A stretch of 64,000 bases of DNA from Hypanus sabinus (GCF_030144855.1 NC_082712.1:13268001-13332000), one strand, 5' to 3'. Shown: positions 48,385 through 62,235, numbered from the stretch's first letter. Numbers and translations are program-made. The notes: generated from the sequence alone by a model not told the origin.

Positions 48385-48500
48385 GGACAGACAGTTGTGC
48401 CGTGCTGACGTTGTGTATCCCACTCGGACTGAAAACTCTCGGCTTTTGATTGATGGGCGCCGTTCTCTACTGTGATCTACTCGGATACTGTATGTAATAA
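48385..48500 (+). pseudogene. Duplicate TM exon with premature TGA ([21 protein letters not shown])
   Basis: Same acceptor as 33227 (ctcactttctcttcag). A 40 nt block around the Lys codon has 1 mismatch to copy 1. TTA>TGA at 48447-48449. The CAG|GT donor is changed to CGG-AT. Confidence 0.8.
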
Positions 48501-48809
48501 TGCTGAAGGCTCAGGCCGTGACGTGACTCTAATCCGATTCACTGGGACGGTCGGTGGGTGCTGGGACGTGATTCAAACACTTGAGGCGTCCCAGTCTTTA
48601 GTTGTCAACAAAAACTCGCTGCCCGATCACTGTTTGTTGGAGCTCGCAGAAATACTCATCAGAGTGACTACTACATCATAAGAGTGACTGCTTCAGAAGT
48701 GTTTGTAAGCTGCTTAGCGTTTTGAGATACCTTTTGGATTGAATGTACCCGCTAAATACCTACTGAATGAGAGACAAATGTGAGGATCTGCAGGAGGGAT
48801 GGGTTAGGA

Positions 48810-49075
48810 CGCCACAGTAGCGCAGCGGTTAGCACGATGCGATTACACATTGGGCGTTCATTTCTGGCGTCCTTTGTTAGGAACTGTGTACGTTCTGCCC
48901 GTGTGCGGGTGGGTTTCCTCCAGCTGCTACGGTTCCATCCCACAACCTAAAGACGTCAGCAGGTTAATTGTTAATTGTAAATCGTCCGGTGATTAGGCTG
49001 GGATTACATCGGTGAGGTGCTAGGTGTCACGGCTCGGTGGGCTGGTAGGGACTGCTCAGCCCTGTGTCTGTAAAC
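48810..49075 (+). mobile_element. tRNA-derived SINE, HE1/V-SINE-like (other partial copies near 7722, 9095, 32520, 33720, 63410)
   Basis: gtagcgcagcggttagcac head (A-box-like) and central gggtttcctcc..ctcccac domain. Confidence 0.6.
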
Positions 49076-50176
49076 CATCACATAATAAATAAAAGCTTGA
49101 GCTCAGAGAAGGCTGACAGCTCGGCACAACATCGTGGGCCGAAGGGCCTGAACTCTGCTGTAATGTTCTATGTTCTAACTACAAATCTAATCTCTGATGT
49201 GCACAAAATGTCACCCCGGACCTCCGCGGAAAAAGCAATACAGGGAAGTCTCGACTCCCGCCATCCCACGTGCACTGGGACCAGGGCAATCAGTCAACCC
49301 GGGGTGATTCTGCTCTTCTCATTCTCCACAAAGCTCGCCCACGACGCAAATCTCTCAGAGATCTGGCTCCTGACTGAATCTCTGCCATATCTCCCTTCAC
49401 CGTAATCCAGTTTAAACTGTCGTCATAACCGCTTCAAACATATTAACAATCGAAAAGTGATTCAACTCACGTAACTTTTTCTTATATTACTGATAATCAG
49501 GTTCCTCCTTAATTTACAACCTTGATCCATTACAGAATACGTTGCATTTACGTTGCACCCAGGATTTTTGTACCCACTTCCCAGCCAGAATTACTTCACT
49601 CTGCCATTCATACAAAGACGTCCCCCTAGATCAGAGATTACGAGAAATTTCCTTACACCACAGGTGGCTGAGTCTGTGGAACTTACTGTAATGAAACCCA
49701 ATTTCCCTCGGGATCAATAAAGTATGTCTGTCTGTCTGGATGTATGTAAGGCGGAGAACCATAGGGGATGAGGGCAGGAGAGTGTGGTTGATAGGTATAG
49801 TAAATTAACCACAGTCGAATGTCAGAGCAGAATAGAATGGCTGAATCTTCTATTTCTGCTCCTTTGTTTTATGGTCTTAATCTAAGAACCATACTATTCG
49901 ATCAATACTATCCTATAGACTAAGGCCATTCGGCTTCCTATCAACACCACTACCTCTATTGCTGCGTTACTGTAAAGCTTCCAATTTGATGTGTACATGG
50001 GCTGAAAACCATATCTGTGTCGAACGCTGACACCGATGATAAAATCTACCCTTTGGGAATTCCGTTCATGTCTCAATCCTATTCCCTTCCAAAATTATAA
50101 GTGAAGAGGGATGCCAGATTTGGTCTCATTGTACAACTGCCGTGGATCACGTTAATTGATCTTGTTCTGTCCACAG

Positions 50177-50235
50177 AGACGGACGAGACCGATCCACCAA
50201 GGGAGGCTGAGAAGACCAGTTTTCCAAACCGGTTC
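50177..50235 (+). pseudogene. Duplicate of the downstream (tail) exon: ETDETDPPREAEKTSFPN in phase-1 frame
   Basis: Acceptor ttgttctgtccacag|. Clearly homologous to 35090-35145. Confidence 0.55.
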
Positions 50236-51284
50236 AGCAGACCCGGCCTCCTCGCTCCATATGTTTACCACCAGCTGGGTGTAGACATTTCTGTTCCTAC
50301 TTCCAAATAGCTTTCTGATTTCCCAGTGTCTGTGTTTTCTGGTTCCATGCTCTCCGATATTTATCCTGTCCTGTTAGAATCTTACAAGGTTCTATGAGTT
50401 CTTAGACATTCCTCTCAACTCCAGTGTCTGTGGGGCCAACTAATTCACTCTCTCATCAGGCATTATTCCTGCTCCCTCTGGTTTCTTCATACACCTTCAC
50501 TACATTCACTCTCTGATAAATCATCCCAACAAAGACAAACTCCAAACTGCACAAACTTCAGATAGGTTCTCTCTAAGGCCCTGTACAGCTGCAGCAACAT
50601 TCTGTCTTCTGTTCTCAAATCACCTTGCAATGAAGTTCAATGTAACATTTGCTTCCAAACTGTCACTGCTGAACTCCTGCTTTTAGCGTACAGAGACGTC
50701 CTGGCCTTCCCTCCGTTTCACCCTTCTGAAACAATCTGCATTCCCATAAGAATGTAAACATAGGATCAGAATTACGCCATTCCGCTCATCGAGTCGGCTC
50801 CGCCATTCCATCATGGCTAATCCCACTCTGCCCCATACACCTGCCTTTTCACCATATCCATTGATGCCCTGACCAATCAGGATACTATCAACTTCACCTT
50901 GTCTTGTCCAACCGCCGCCACTGGTGGTTTGGAACATGCAGGAGCAGTGTGTGGTTAAGTCCCTTGCTCAAGGACACACGCTTACATTCCTTCTTGATTT
51001 TTCCTGCCTATTGCCTCGGCTGAGGCTCGAACTAATGACCTTCAGATCGCTAGCCCAAAGCCTTAACCACTTCGCCACACACCTACACAAATATACGCAC
51101 GGACTTGGCCTCTACAGCAGTCAGTTACAGAGAATTCCACAAATCCACTGATCTCTGATTAAAAAAATTCCTCCTTACCTCAGTCCTAAAATGTCACTCC
51201 TCAGTTTTGAGGCTGTGCCCTCAAGTTCTGCGAGAATGAGGAATTTTGCAGGAATGTGGCAAGAGTGCATTCAGTGGATTGATG

Positions 51285-53075
51285 CAACACGTACCACACG
51301 CGGGAGGAACTCAGCAGGTCGGACAGAATCCGTGGAAACAAGCATCAACGTTTCGGGCCAAGACCCTTCATCAGGACTGAAGAGGGAGGGGGCAGGGGCC
51401 CTATAGAGAAGGTGAGGTGAGGGTGGGAAGGAGAAGGCTGTAGGTGCCGGTGAAAATCCAGTAAGAGGAAAGGACGAAGGGCGGGGGAGGGGAAGCAGAG
51501 GCAATAGGCAGGAAAGGTGAAGAAGGAACGTAACGGGAAAGCTCTATGGGTATTAGAAGGAGGTGGAACCATGAGGGAGGTGATAGGCAGCTGGAAGAGC
51601 AGTCAGAGTGAAAGTGGGATGGGGGAAGGGAGAGGGAGGGATTTACCGGAAGTTTGAGAATTCAATGTTCATGCCAAGGGGCTGGAAACTACCCAGACCG
51701 TATATGAGGTGTTGCTCCTCCAACCTGAGTTTGGCCTCACCATGGTAGTAGACGTGGCCATGTATGGACATAGCCGAATGGGAATGTGAAGCAGAGTTGA
51801 AGTGGGTGGCAACCGGGAGATCCTGTTTCTTGTGGCAGATGGAACGAGGGTGCGCAATGAAGCAGTCCCCCAATCTGCGTCGGGTCTGTCCGATGTAGAG
51901 GAGGCCGTACCGGGAGCACCGAATGCAATAGATGACCCCAACAGACACAGCAGTGAAGTGTTGCTGCACCTGGAAGGACTGTTTGGGGCCCTGAATGGTG
52001 GTAAGAGAGGAGATGTAAGGACAGGTGTAGCACTTACACTTGCAGGGATAAGTGCCAGGTGGAAGATCTGTGGAGAGGGATGAGTGGACCAGGGAGTCGT
52101 GGAGGGAACGATCCCTGCAGAAAGCAGAGAGGGGTAGAGAGGGAAAGATGTGCTTAATGGTGGGGTCCTGTTGAAATTGGCGGAAGTGGCGGAGGATAAT
52201 GTGCTGGATCTGTAGACTGGTGGGGTGGTAGGTGAGGACAAGGGGAACGGTCCCTGTTGTGGTGACAGGTGGATGGGGTAAGGGCTGAAGTGCGGGAAAT
52301 GAAGGAGATGTGGGTGAGGGCACCATTGATGACGGCAGAAGGGAAACCACGATCCTTAAAGAAAGAGGACATCTGAGATGTCCTGGAACAGAAAGCCTCA
52401 ACCTGGGACCAGATGCGGAGGAGACGAAGGAACTGGAAATAAGGAATAGCATTTTTGCATTTGGCAGGATGGGAAGAGGGATAGTCGAGGTAGTTATGAG
52501 AGTCCTTCAGTTTATAGAAGATGTCAGTGGACAGTCTGTCTCCAGAGATTGAGAAAGGGGAGAGAAGTGTCAGAGATGGACCAAGTGAATTTGAGGGCTG
52601 GGTGGAAGTGAGAGGCAAAGTCGATGAAATTGATGAGCTCAGCATGGGTGCAGGAAGCAACACCAATGTAGTTGTCAATGTATTGAAAGAAAAGTTGGGG
52701 AGCAGCACCAGTATAGATTTGAAGCATAGACTCTTCCACATAACCAACAAAGAGGCAGGCATCGCTGGGGCCCATGCGAGTGCCCATAGCTACACCCTTG
52801 GTCTGAAGAAAGTGTGAAGAGCCAAAAGAGAAGTTATTAAGTGTGAGTACCAGTTCTGCCAACCGGAGGAGTGTGGTGTTGTTGGGGAACTGGTGAGGTC
52901 TGTTGTCCAGAAAGTAGTGGAGGGGGTTGAGGCCTTCTAGATGAGGAATTGAAGTGTATAAGGATTGGACATCCATTGTGAAAATAAAGCGGTCGGGACC
53001 GGGGAACTGGAAGTTATTGAAGTGGTGGAGGGCATGGGATGTATTCTGGATGTAGGTGGGGAGGGACTGAACTAT
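51285..53075 (-). mobile_element. Penelope-like element, 5'-truncated: RT + GIY-YIG endonuclease + pseudo-LTR with hammerhead motif
   Basis: [28 protein letters not shown] (RT); GVIYCIRC..LLYIGQTRRRL..VATHFN..EQHLI..PLGMN (GIY-YIG). Frameshifted. Confidence 0.92.
51341..51379 (-). ncRNA. Minimal type I hammerhead ribozyme motif in the Penelope pseudo-LTR
   Basis: CAGUC-CUGAUGA-AGGGUCUUGGCCC-GAAAC-GUU-GAUGC. Confidence 0.6.
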
Positions 53076-53479
53076 GAGTGACAAAATGACAAAATGTGAT
53101 GCTGAAGCTTTATAAGGCACTGGAAGGGTGGAGCAAAATGAAGATGGCGCCAAATGGTGATTCTTTTGCTTGCATCTTCCAAAACAGCTCTATTTCTATC
53201 TTTGATATGTCTTTTTTCGCTTTTGAAGGATCTTTTTAAGACCCTGACCCAGAGTTACACTCTGACTTTGGTTCTTTGTGGGAATGGGACCCGCTCTCAG
53301 GGCCTCACGACCGGCGCTTTTTGATTCCCCAAGGACGAGGCCTGCAAGCTCGCCTTCAGGGTGCCGGATTTTCGTGGTTCTGGAGACGGGAAATTCAAGG
53401 CCGGTGCCCCTGACTGAGGCATTGCGGGAGAACATGGAACATCAGGAGCAGTGGGTTAGCTGCCTGTTGTGTTCCAGAA

Positions 53480-53780
53480 CCAGAGGCCACAGTTTAAGAA
53501 TAAGGGGTAGGCCATTTAGAACAGAGTTGAGGAAAAACCTTTTCACCCAGAGAGTTGTGGATCTATGGAATGCTCTGCCTCAGAAGGCAGTGGAGGCCAA
53601 TTCTCTGGATGCTTTCAAGAAAGAGTTAGGTAAAGTTCTTAAAGATAGCGGAGTCAAGGGATATGGAAAGAAGGCAGGAACGGGGTACTGATTATGGATG
53701 ATCAACCATGATCACATTGAATGGTGGTGCTGACTCGAAGGGCCAAATGGCCTACTCCTGCACCTATTGTCTATTGTGTG
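53480..53780 (+). mobile_element. CR1 3' end, close sister of 25040-25345
   Basis: [41 protein letters not shown]. Confidence 0.85.
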
Positions 53781-55630
53781 TCCAGGACTTGAGCCTCGGG
53801 GCCGATTCTCTGGGCGCAGAGCTCGGAAAATGCAATGCAGCAAACTTTTAAGATCATAAATCAGTTTTTCATTATGCATCCCCTCTCGCTGAGATATGGG
53901 AACATCTCTTTTTCCCTTATAAGTGGGAGAGGGAACCTGTGGTATGTCGAATTACCAGGGGAACGGATAGTCTTTGGGGTACTGCAAGTCTGTCTTTATT
54001 AATGCTTTGCTGGGGGGGGGGGGCTTTGCCATGCTGCTGCTTGTGCGAGGGAGCGGGTTGCTGGGGAGGGCTTTGGGTTCTAATGTTTAAATGTCATTCA
54101 TGCTTTGGGGCACTCGTCTGTTTTCATGGATGTTAGTGAAGAAAAAGAATTTCAGGATGTATATTGTATGGATTTCTCTGGCATTAAATGTACCTATTGA
54201 ACCTATTGGTGAGGCCTCATCATGAGTATTGTGACCAGTCTTGGACTCCTCATCTGAGAAAAATGTGCTGGCATTGGGGAGGGTTGAGGGCAGGTTCACA
54301 AGGAAGATTCTGGAAACAAAAGGGTAATCATATGATGAACGTTTGATGGCTCTGGGACTGTACTCACTGGAATTTAGATGGATGGGGGGGGGGGGGGGGT
54401 GACCTCATTGAAACCTTCCAAATGTTGAAAGGTCTGCACAGAGTAGATGCGGAAAGGAAGTTTTCCATGATAGGGGAGAGGGCACAATCTTATGATAGAG
54501 GGGTGTCCATTTAAAACAGAGATGTGGAGACATTTCTTTTGTCAGAGGGTGATGAATTTGTGGAATTTGTCACCACAGGCAGCTGTACTGACCAAGTCAC
54601 TGGGGTTTTTAAGGCAGTGATTGATAACTTCTTGACTGGACAGGGCATCAAAGGTTACGAGGAATGGGCTGGGGAGCGGGGCTGAGGAGGGAGAGAAAGG
54701 ATTGACCAGGATTGAGTGGCAGAGCAGACTTGATGGGCCAAATGGCCAAACTCTGTGCCTATGACTTATAGTCTTGTACACATAATCTGTCTTGCATCCT
54801 GAGACAACTCCTGATTTTCTTGGAGATGTTATTGAAATTCTGAGATTTATGGATTGGACTGTAGTTCATATTGGCCTCTTACAGTTCTATGTTTTTTTCT
54901 TGTGGTCTCGCCCATTATTTCTTGCTGCAAATTGGCGGGCTGGGGTTTGGGTGATCTGTAGTTTTTGTGTAAGTGAGGGTTTGGGGTATTCGTGGTTTGT
55001 GGGTTTTTGTTTATTTCTTTTCATGCAGGAGGGCATTGATGTCTTCCAACAGATGATTTTCTGTGCTCTATGGCTACGTGGAGAAGACAAATTTCAGAGT
55101 TCTATTATGCATATATACCTTGATGATAAAATGAACCTTTGAACATTCTGCAGATGATGGAATCCCAGTGTAACACAGAAAAACAAGCTGGAGGAATTCA
55201 GCAAATCAGTAAGTATCAATGGAAAGGAATAAACAGCTGGTATTTTGGAGTGAAACCCTTTGTCAGTCTAGTCCTGATGAAGGATCTTGGCCAGAAATGT
55301 CAACGGTTTATTTCTATTCATAGATGTTGCCTGACTTTCTGAGGTCCTGCATAGTCTCCTAATGGCAAAGAGATTAAAGATGAAGGATCCTGAGGTGAAC
55401 GGTCCATCATGATTGTGTTGTCTGGGGGAGCAGGGTCGGTCAGACAAATGGCCGACACCTGCTAATAGGTCTCACAGTGGTGGGTGGGTTTAAAGGGATG
55501 AATTGTCCCTGAGAGGGAAAAAGCGAGTAAAGTTAGAACTGACAAGTAACCATTGTGCAAAAGAAGACCAGCTGTCAAAAAATAACAAGTAATAGATCGA
55601 TAGATAGATAACAATATGAAGAATGTAAGT

Positions 55631-58600
55631 CGACATTTAAGGATGATATAAGGGAGAAAAGTAAAATTTTAGAAATAATAACTGAGAATAGTATGTTTTT
55701 TTAATATATACTTTTTATGTTGCGGGGGGGTTGGGGAGCTTTGAATCGGTTACTACGGGATTCACTTGTGTAATCATGGCGATTGCCATGACCCGTACAA
55801 TAGAGAGGGGTAATGTTGTGTTTTTTTTCTTTCACAACATTGGTAGGGGGGTATTTTGTTTTTTTCTTTACTTTCTATTTTTCTTCTATTCTTTTGCCTG
55901 GATGATTGGTGGGGACACACATAGCAACATGGAGACTTCTAAAAGGATTTCCCAGGATACAATGAAAGTTGAAAGATTAGATATTATTATAGATTGGAGT
56001 AACATAATTAAAAATAATGACTAATCTATTGAATTTTTAAAGTTTTAATGTTAATGGGCTTAATGGACCAATAAAAAGAAAAAGAATTTTAACATATATT
56101 AAAAAAATGAAAATAGATATAGCTTTCTTACAAGAAACTCATTTAATGGATATAGAACATCAGAAATTAAAAAGAGACTGGGTTGGAAATGTTATTGCAG
56201 CTTCATTTAACTCAAAGGCGAGAGGAGTTGCAATTTTGGTTAATAAAAATTTACCAATTAAAATACAAAATGTATTAACTGATTCGGCAGGAAGATATTT
56301 AATTATACATTGTCAAATTTTTTCAGAACTATGGACTCTTATGAATATTTATGCACCAAATGAAAATGATGTAAAATTTATACAGGAGTTTTTTTTGAAT
56401 TTGGCTAACGCACATGATAAAATATTAATAGGTGGAGATTTTAATTTTTGTTTAGATCCAGTTTTAGATAGATCAACAAAGGCTATTACAAAATCAAAAG
56501 TAGCAAAATTAACTCTATCATTGATGAAAGATTTAAATTTGATTGATATATGGAGAAGAATCAATCCAAAAGAAAGGGATTATTCATTCTACTCAAATAG
56601 ACATAAAACATACTCTAGGATAGATTTTTTCCTATTATCAACAAATACTCAAGATAGAGTGAAAAATGTGGAATATAAAGCAAGAATATTGTCTGATCAC
56701 TCTCCTTTAATAATGACAATGACAATGATAGATAAAGAGGAATCAATTTATAGGTGGAGATTTAATTCAATTCTATTAAAATGTCAAGATTTTTGTGATT
56801 TTATGAAAAAGCAGATTCAGTTTTTTTTAGATACAAATTTACATTCAGTTGATGATAAATTTATATTATGGGAAGCAATGAAAGCATATTTGAGAGGCCA
56901 GATAATAAGTTATACATCTAAAATTAGGAAGGAATATATGATAGAAATAGATCAATTGGAAAAAGAGATTACAAAATTAGAAAAAGAATCTCAAAGAAAT
57001 ATGACAGAAGAAAAACGAAGACAACTTATTAATAAGAAGTTAAAATATAATACACTCCAGACATATCGAACAGAAAAAGTAATTATGAGAACTAAACAGA
57101 GATATTATGAACTAGATGAAAGATCACATAAATTTCTTGCATGGCAGTTAAAAACAGATCAGATTTCCAAAGCAATAAATGCAATTCAAACAAAAGTGAA
57201 TGAAATTACTTATAAGCCTCTAGTAATTAATGAGGCTTTTAAGAATTTTTATTCTGAGTTGTATAAATCAGAATCAAAGAATGATGATGTTAAGATAGAA
57301 GAATTTTTATCACAAATAACTCTTCCAAAATTAAATACAGAAGAACAAAAGGGATTAGATACGCCTTTTACATTGAAGGAAGTTGAGGAAGCTTTGGGAT
57401 CACTTCAAAGTAATAAATCTCCAGGAGAAGATGGTTTTCCACCTGAATTTTATAAAAAGTTTAAAGATTTATTAATTCCTCCTTTTATGGAGTTAATATA
57501 TCAAGCGGAAAGAACGCATAAACTTCCAGAATCTTTTTCAACAGCTATTTTAATAGTATTGCCAAAAAAAGATAGAGACCTTTTAAAACCAGCATCATAT
57601 AGACCTATTTCTTTATTAAACACCGACTATAAAATAATAGCAAAAATCTTATCTAATAGATTATCTAAATGCTTACCAAAATTAGTGCATATGGATCAAA
57701 CAGGATTTATCAAAAATAGACAATCGGCAGATAATGTAACCCGGTTATTTAGTATAATCCATTTAGCGCAAAAGAGGGAGGAAATGAGTGTGGCAGTTGC
57801 TTTAGATGCAGAAAAAGCATTTGATAGATTGGAATGGGATTTTTTATTTAAGGTATTGGAAAAATATGGATTAGGAACATCATTTATAAAATGGATTAAA
57901 ACCTTAAATACTAATCCCAAAGCTAAAGTAGTGACAAATGGTCAAATTTCAACATCATTTCAGTTAACAAAATCAACGAGGCAAGGTTGCCCATTATCAC
58001 CTGCTTTGTTTGTGTTGGCAATAGAACCACCAGCTGAATTAATTAGAATGGATCCAGATATTAAGGGTTTCAGAGTTAATCAGGAAGAATACAAGATTAA
58101 TTTATTTGCTGATGATGTTCTACTTTATTTAACAGATCCACTACATTCACTACGCAAATTATCCTGTAGATTAGAAGAATATGGGAAAATATCGGGTTAT
58201 AAAATAAATTGGGATAAAAGTGAAATTTTACCTCTTACTAAAGGAGATTATAATCAATGTCGATTAATAACTCAATTTAGATGGCCAGCAAATGGTATAA
58301 AATATTTAGGTATAAGAGTTGATAATGACATAAAAAACATAAAAATTAAATTATTTACCACTTTTGAAAAAAACTCAGGAAGATCTTGATAAATGGATGG
58401 CATTACCAATAACATTAGTAGGTAGAGTAAATACTATAAAAATGAATATATTCCCTAGACTACAATATTTATTTCAATCATTACCAATACAATTACCCCA
58501 GAAGTTTTTTCAAGAGTTAAACAAATATGTGAGGAAATTTCTCTGGAAAGGTAAGATGTCAAGAATATCGTTGGAAAAATTGACATGGAAATTTGATCTA

Positions 58601-60106
58601 GGAGGATTACAACTTCCAAATTTTAAGAATTATTATAAAGCAAATCAACTTAGATTTATTGCATCTTTTTTCGAGAAAGATAAACCGGCATGGGTTAGAA
58701 TAGAACTAGATAAAATGGGAGAAAACGTACCAGAAGATTTAATATACAAATGGGAATCTAAATGGATACGGGAAAAGAAAGAATCTCCTATATTAAAACA
58801 TTTGATTGATTTATGGAATAAGATAAATGTTGATGATGAGACAAAAAAATCTTTATTAGCAAAGAGATCTTTAATTCAAAATAGACTTATTCCTTTCACA
58901 ATGGACAATCAACTTTTATATAATTGGATTCAAAAAGGGATTAGATATATAGGGAATTGTTTTGAAGGAGGTATATTAATGTCATTTGATCAATTAAAGA
59001 ATAAATATAAAGTATCAAATAATACTTTATTTTGTTACTTTCAATTAAGGGCTTATTTAAGAGAAAAATTAGGTCAAACAATGTTATTGCCGAAACCTAA
59101 TGAAATAGAAATTTTAATTCAAAAAGGAAATATTAAAAAAATTTGTATCTTGTATGTATAATTTGATTCAAAAACAGGCAATTAAACAAGGAGTTCATAA
59201 GTCAAGACAAAAATGGGAAAGTGATTTGAATATTAAAATTGAAGAAACAAATTGGTCAAGACTATGTCTTGATAGCATGACAAATACAATAAATGTTCGG
59301 TTAAGATTAGTGCAGTATAATTTCCTACATCAATTATATATTACACCACAAAAAATAAATAAATTAAATCCAAACTTATCGGATCAGTGTTTCCAATGTA
59401 ACCAGGAAACTGGTACTTTTTTACATTCTACTTGGTCTTGTTCTAAAATTCAACCTTTTTGGACTTTTACTGGAACAAATTACAGGAATACAATTTTACT
59501 GGAACAATTTTACTGGAACCTTTTTGGACTTTTACTGGAACAAATTACAGGAATACACTTTTACTGGAACAAATTACAGGAATACAATTTCCTCATAATC
59601 CAATATTACTCTTATTAGGTGATATTGAAGGGATAAAACCAAAACTCAAACTAAATAAATAGCAGAAAGAATTTATAAAAATTGCACTGGCAGTAGCCAA
59701 AAAAGCTATTGCAGTTACTTGGAAATCGGATACATATTTAAGTATAGATTCTTGGAAGAAAGAAATTTATGGTTGTATTCCATTAGAAAAAATTACGTAT
59801 AATTTAAGAGATAAATATGAAACATTTCTGAAAATTTGGAGCCCTTATTTACAAAAGACAGGATTAAATCTATAAATGTTCTGAAGATGAAACAATTGGT
59901 TATTTGGGGAAAGAAATAAATATACATATTAAAGTTATTACGAATTGCATGGAGCATGTGGAGATCTTCCAACAACCAGGCAATCTTTCTTTCTTTTTTT
60001 CTCTATAGGGCAGTTAGGGGGGAGGGGATAAGGGGAGGGGGGAAGGGTATATATACATTGTTTTTGCATACTTCATTTTGTAACTACTTAAAAATGCAAT
60101 AAAAAA
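55631..60106 (+). mobile_element. L1/Tx1-like LINE with near-complete ORF2 (APE-RT-Cys knuckle), 3' UTR and poly(A); candidate 12 bp TSD AAGAATGTAAGT
   Basis: ATG at 56017 with in-frame TAA at 56038. ORFs 56107-58389 ([26 protein letters not shown]), 58364-59161 and 59154-59618 (CFQC..HSTWSC). G-rich tract at ~60015, AATAAAA-poly(A) at ~60098. TSD at 55619-55630 and 60107-60118. Confidence 0.92.
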
Positions 60107-60699
60107 AAGAATGTAAGTTGCAGAATCCTTGAAACTGAGTTCACGAGCTGTGTTCAGTGATCAGTTTTGTGCTGAGGCAGGTGAAGTCATCCACACTATT
60201 TCAGAAACCTGATGACTGAAGGGTAATAACTCTTCCTCAACCTAAGGGGCATTTATCTTCTTCCTGATAGCAGCAAGAGAGAAGGGAGAGTGGGCTGGAT
60301 GGTGGGTGCCCTAAATGATGGGTGCTGCTTTCTTGTGGCAGTGTTGCTTTTAAATGTGCTCAATGGTGGGGAGGACGTTGCGTGTGACGGACAGGACTGT
60401 ATACAACACACTTTGTCGGTTTTACATTCATGGGCATTGGTATTTCCTCTCATCATTATTAGAGAAAACAGATCTTCTCTGACTGCCAATTATTGATGAA
60501 GTTTCGATCTGCTGTTTGTCGGAGTGTTTCCAATTTCCAACAGATGTTACACAGAAGATAATACAATATGAGCTAATAGAGTGAGAGTGAGAAAGGGTTT
60601 TTGCATGAACCAAAATTTACACATGGACTGTTTAATCTCTGGAATGTGTTTGATGCATTGACACAGGTACCTAGATAGGCAAGGCGTAGAAAGATATCA

Positions 60700-62235
60700 A
60701 GTCATGTCAAGTCATTTTTTATTGTCATTTCGACCATAACTGCTGGTACACTACATAGGAAAAATGAGACAATGTTTTTTTCAGGACCATGCTGTTACAT
60801 GATACAGTACAAAAACTAGACTGAACTACGTAAAATACACACAGAAAAAAAACTACACTACACTACAGACCTACACAGGACTGCATAAAGTGCACAAAAC
60901 AGTGCCGGCATTACAATGAATAATAAACAAGACAATAGGGCAGTAAGGTGTCAGTCCAGGCTCTGGGTATTGAGGAGTCTGATAGCTTGGGGGAAGAAAC
61001 TGTTACATAGTCTGGTCATGAGAGCCCGAATGCTTTGGTGCCTTTTCCCAGACGGCAGGAGGGAGAAGAGTTTGTATGAGGGGTGTGTGAGATCCTTCAT
61101 AATGCTGTTACTTTGCGGATGCAGCGTGTACAGTAAATGCCCATAATGGCGGTGAGAGACCCCGATGATCTCAGCTGACCTCACTATCCGCTGCAGGGTC
61201 TTGTGTTCCAAGATGGTGCAATTTCCGAACCAGGCAGTGATGCAGCTGCTCAGGGCGCTCTCAATACAACCCCTGTAGAATGTGATGAGAATGGGGGCTG
61301 GGAGATGGACTTTCCTCAGCCTTCACAAAAAGTAGAGACGCTGCTGGGCTTTCTTTGCTGTGGAGCTGGTGTTGAGGGACCAGGTGAGATTCTCTGTCAG
61401 GTGAACACCAAGAAATTTGGTGCTCTTTACGATCTCTACCGAGGAGCCGTTGATGTTCAGCGGGGATTGGTTGCTCTGTGCCCTCCTGAAGTCAACAACC
61501 ATCTCTTTTGTTTTGTTCACATTAAGAGACAGGTTGTTGACTGCACCAGTCCGTTAGCCGCTGCACCTCCTCTCTGTAAGCTGACTCGTTGTTCTTGCTG
61601 ATGAGACCCACAACGGTCGTGTCATCGGCGAACTTGATGATGTGGTTCGAGCTGTGTGTTGCAGCACAGTCGTGGGTCAGCAGAGTGAACAACAGTGGAC
61701 TGAGCACACAGCCCTGGGGGCCCCTGTGCTCAGTGTGATGGTGTTGGAGATACTGCTCCCAATCTGGACTGACTGAGGTCTCCCAGTCAGGAAGTCTGGG
61801 ATCCAGTTGCAGAGGGAGGTGTTCAGGCCCATTAGGCTCAGCTTTCCAATCAGTTTCTGAGGGATGATTGTGTTGAATGCTGAACTAAAGTCTATGAACG
61901 GCATTTGAATGTGTGAGGAGGGTCTCAGCCCAAAATATTGACAGTCCTTCTCCTTAGAGATGTGGCATGGCTTGCAGTGTTCCACCAGCATTTTGTGTGT
62001 GTTGTATGAACGTATGTGTCCTTTTTGTCCAGGTGGATTAGGGCCAGGTGGAGGGTGATGGCAATGATGTCGTCTGTCGAGCGGTTGGGACGGTCCACAA
62101 ACTGCAGGGGGTTCAGTGAGGGGGGCAGCAGGATTTTGATACGCCTCATGACAAGCCTCTCAAAACACTTCATGATAATGGACATGAGTGCAACAGGACA
62201 GTAGCCCTTTAGGCAGGACACTGAACACTTCTTTG
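60700..62235 (-). mobile_element. Rex1/Babar-like LINE, RT to 3' tail
   Basis: [20 protein letters not shown]; [12 protein letters not shown]; [26 protein letters not shown]; KAQQRLYFL; (TTGAC)-like tail at ~60700. Confidence 0.85.

Larger units (their letters stand above)
47930..50240 (+). repeat. Old segmental duplicate of ~32560-35150 (TM exon + intron + tail exon)
   Basis: Colinear shared blocks throughout, e.g. catcataagagtgact, gataatcaggttcctcctta, atccagtttaaactg, ctatcctatag.ctaag, gttctgtccacag. Intronic identity is roughly 70% by eye. Confidence 0.88.
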
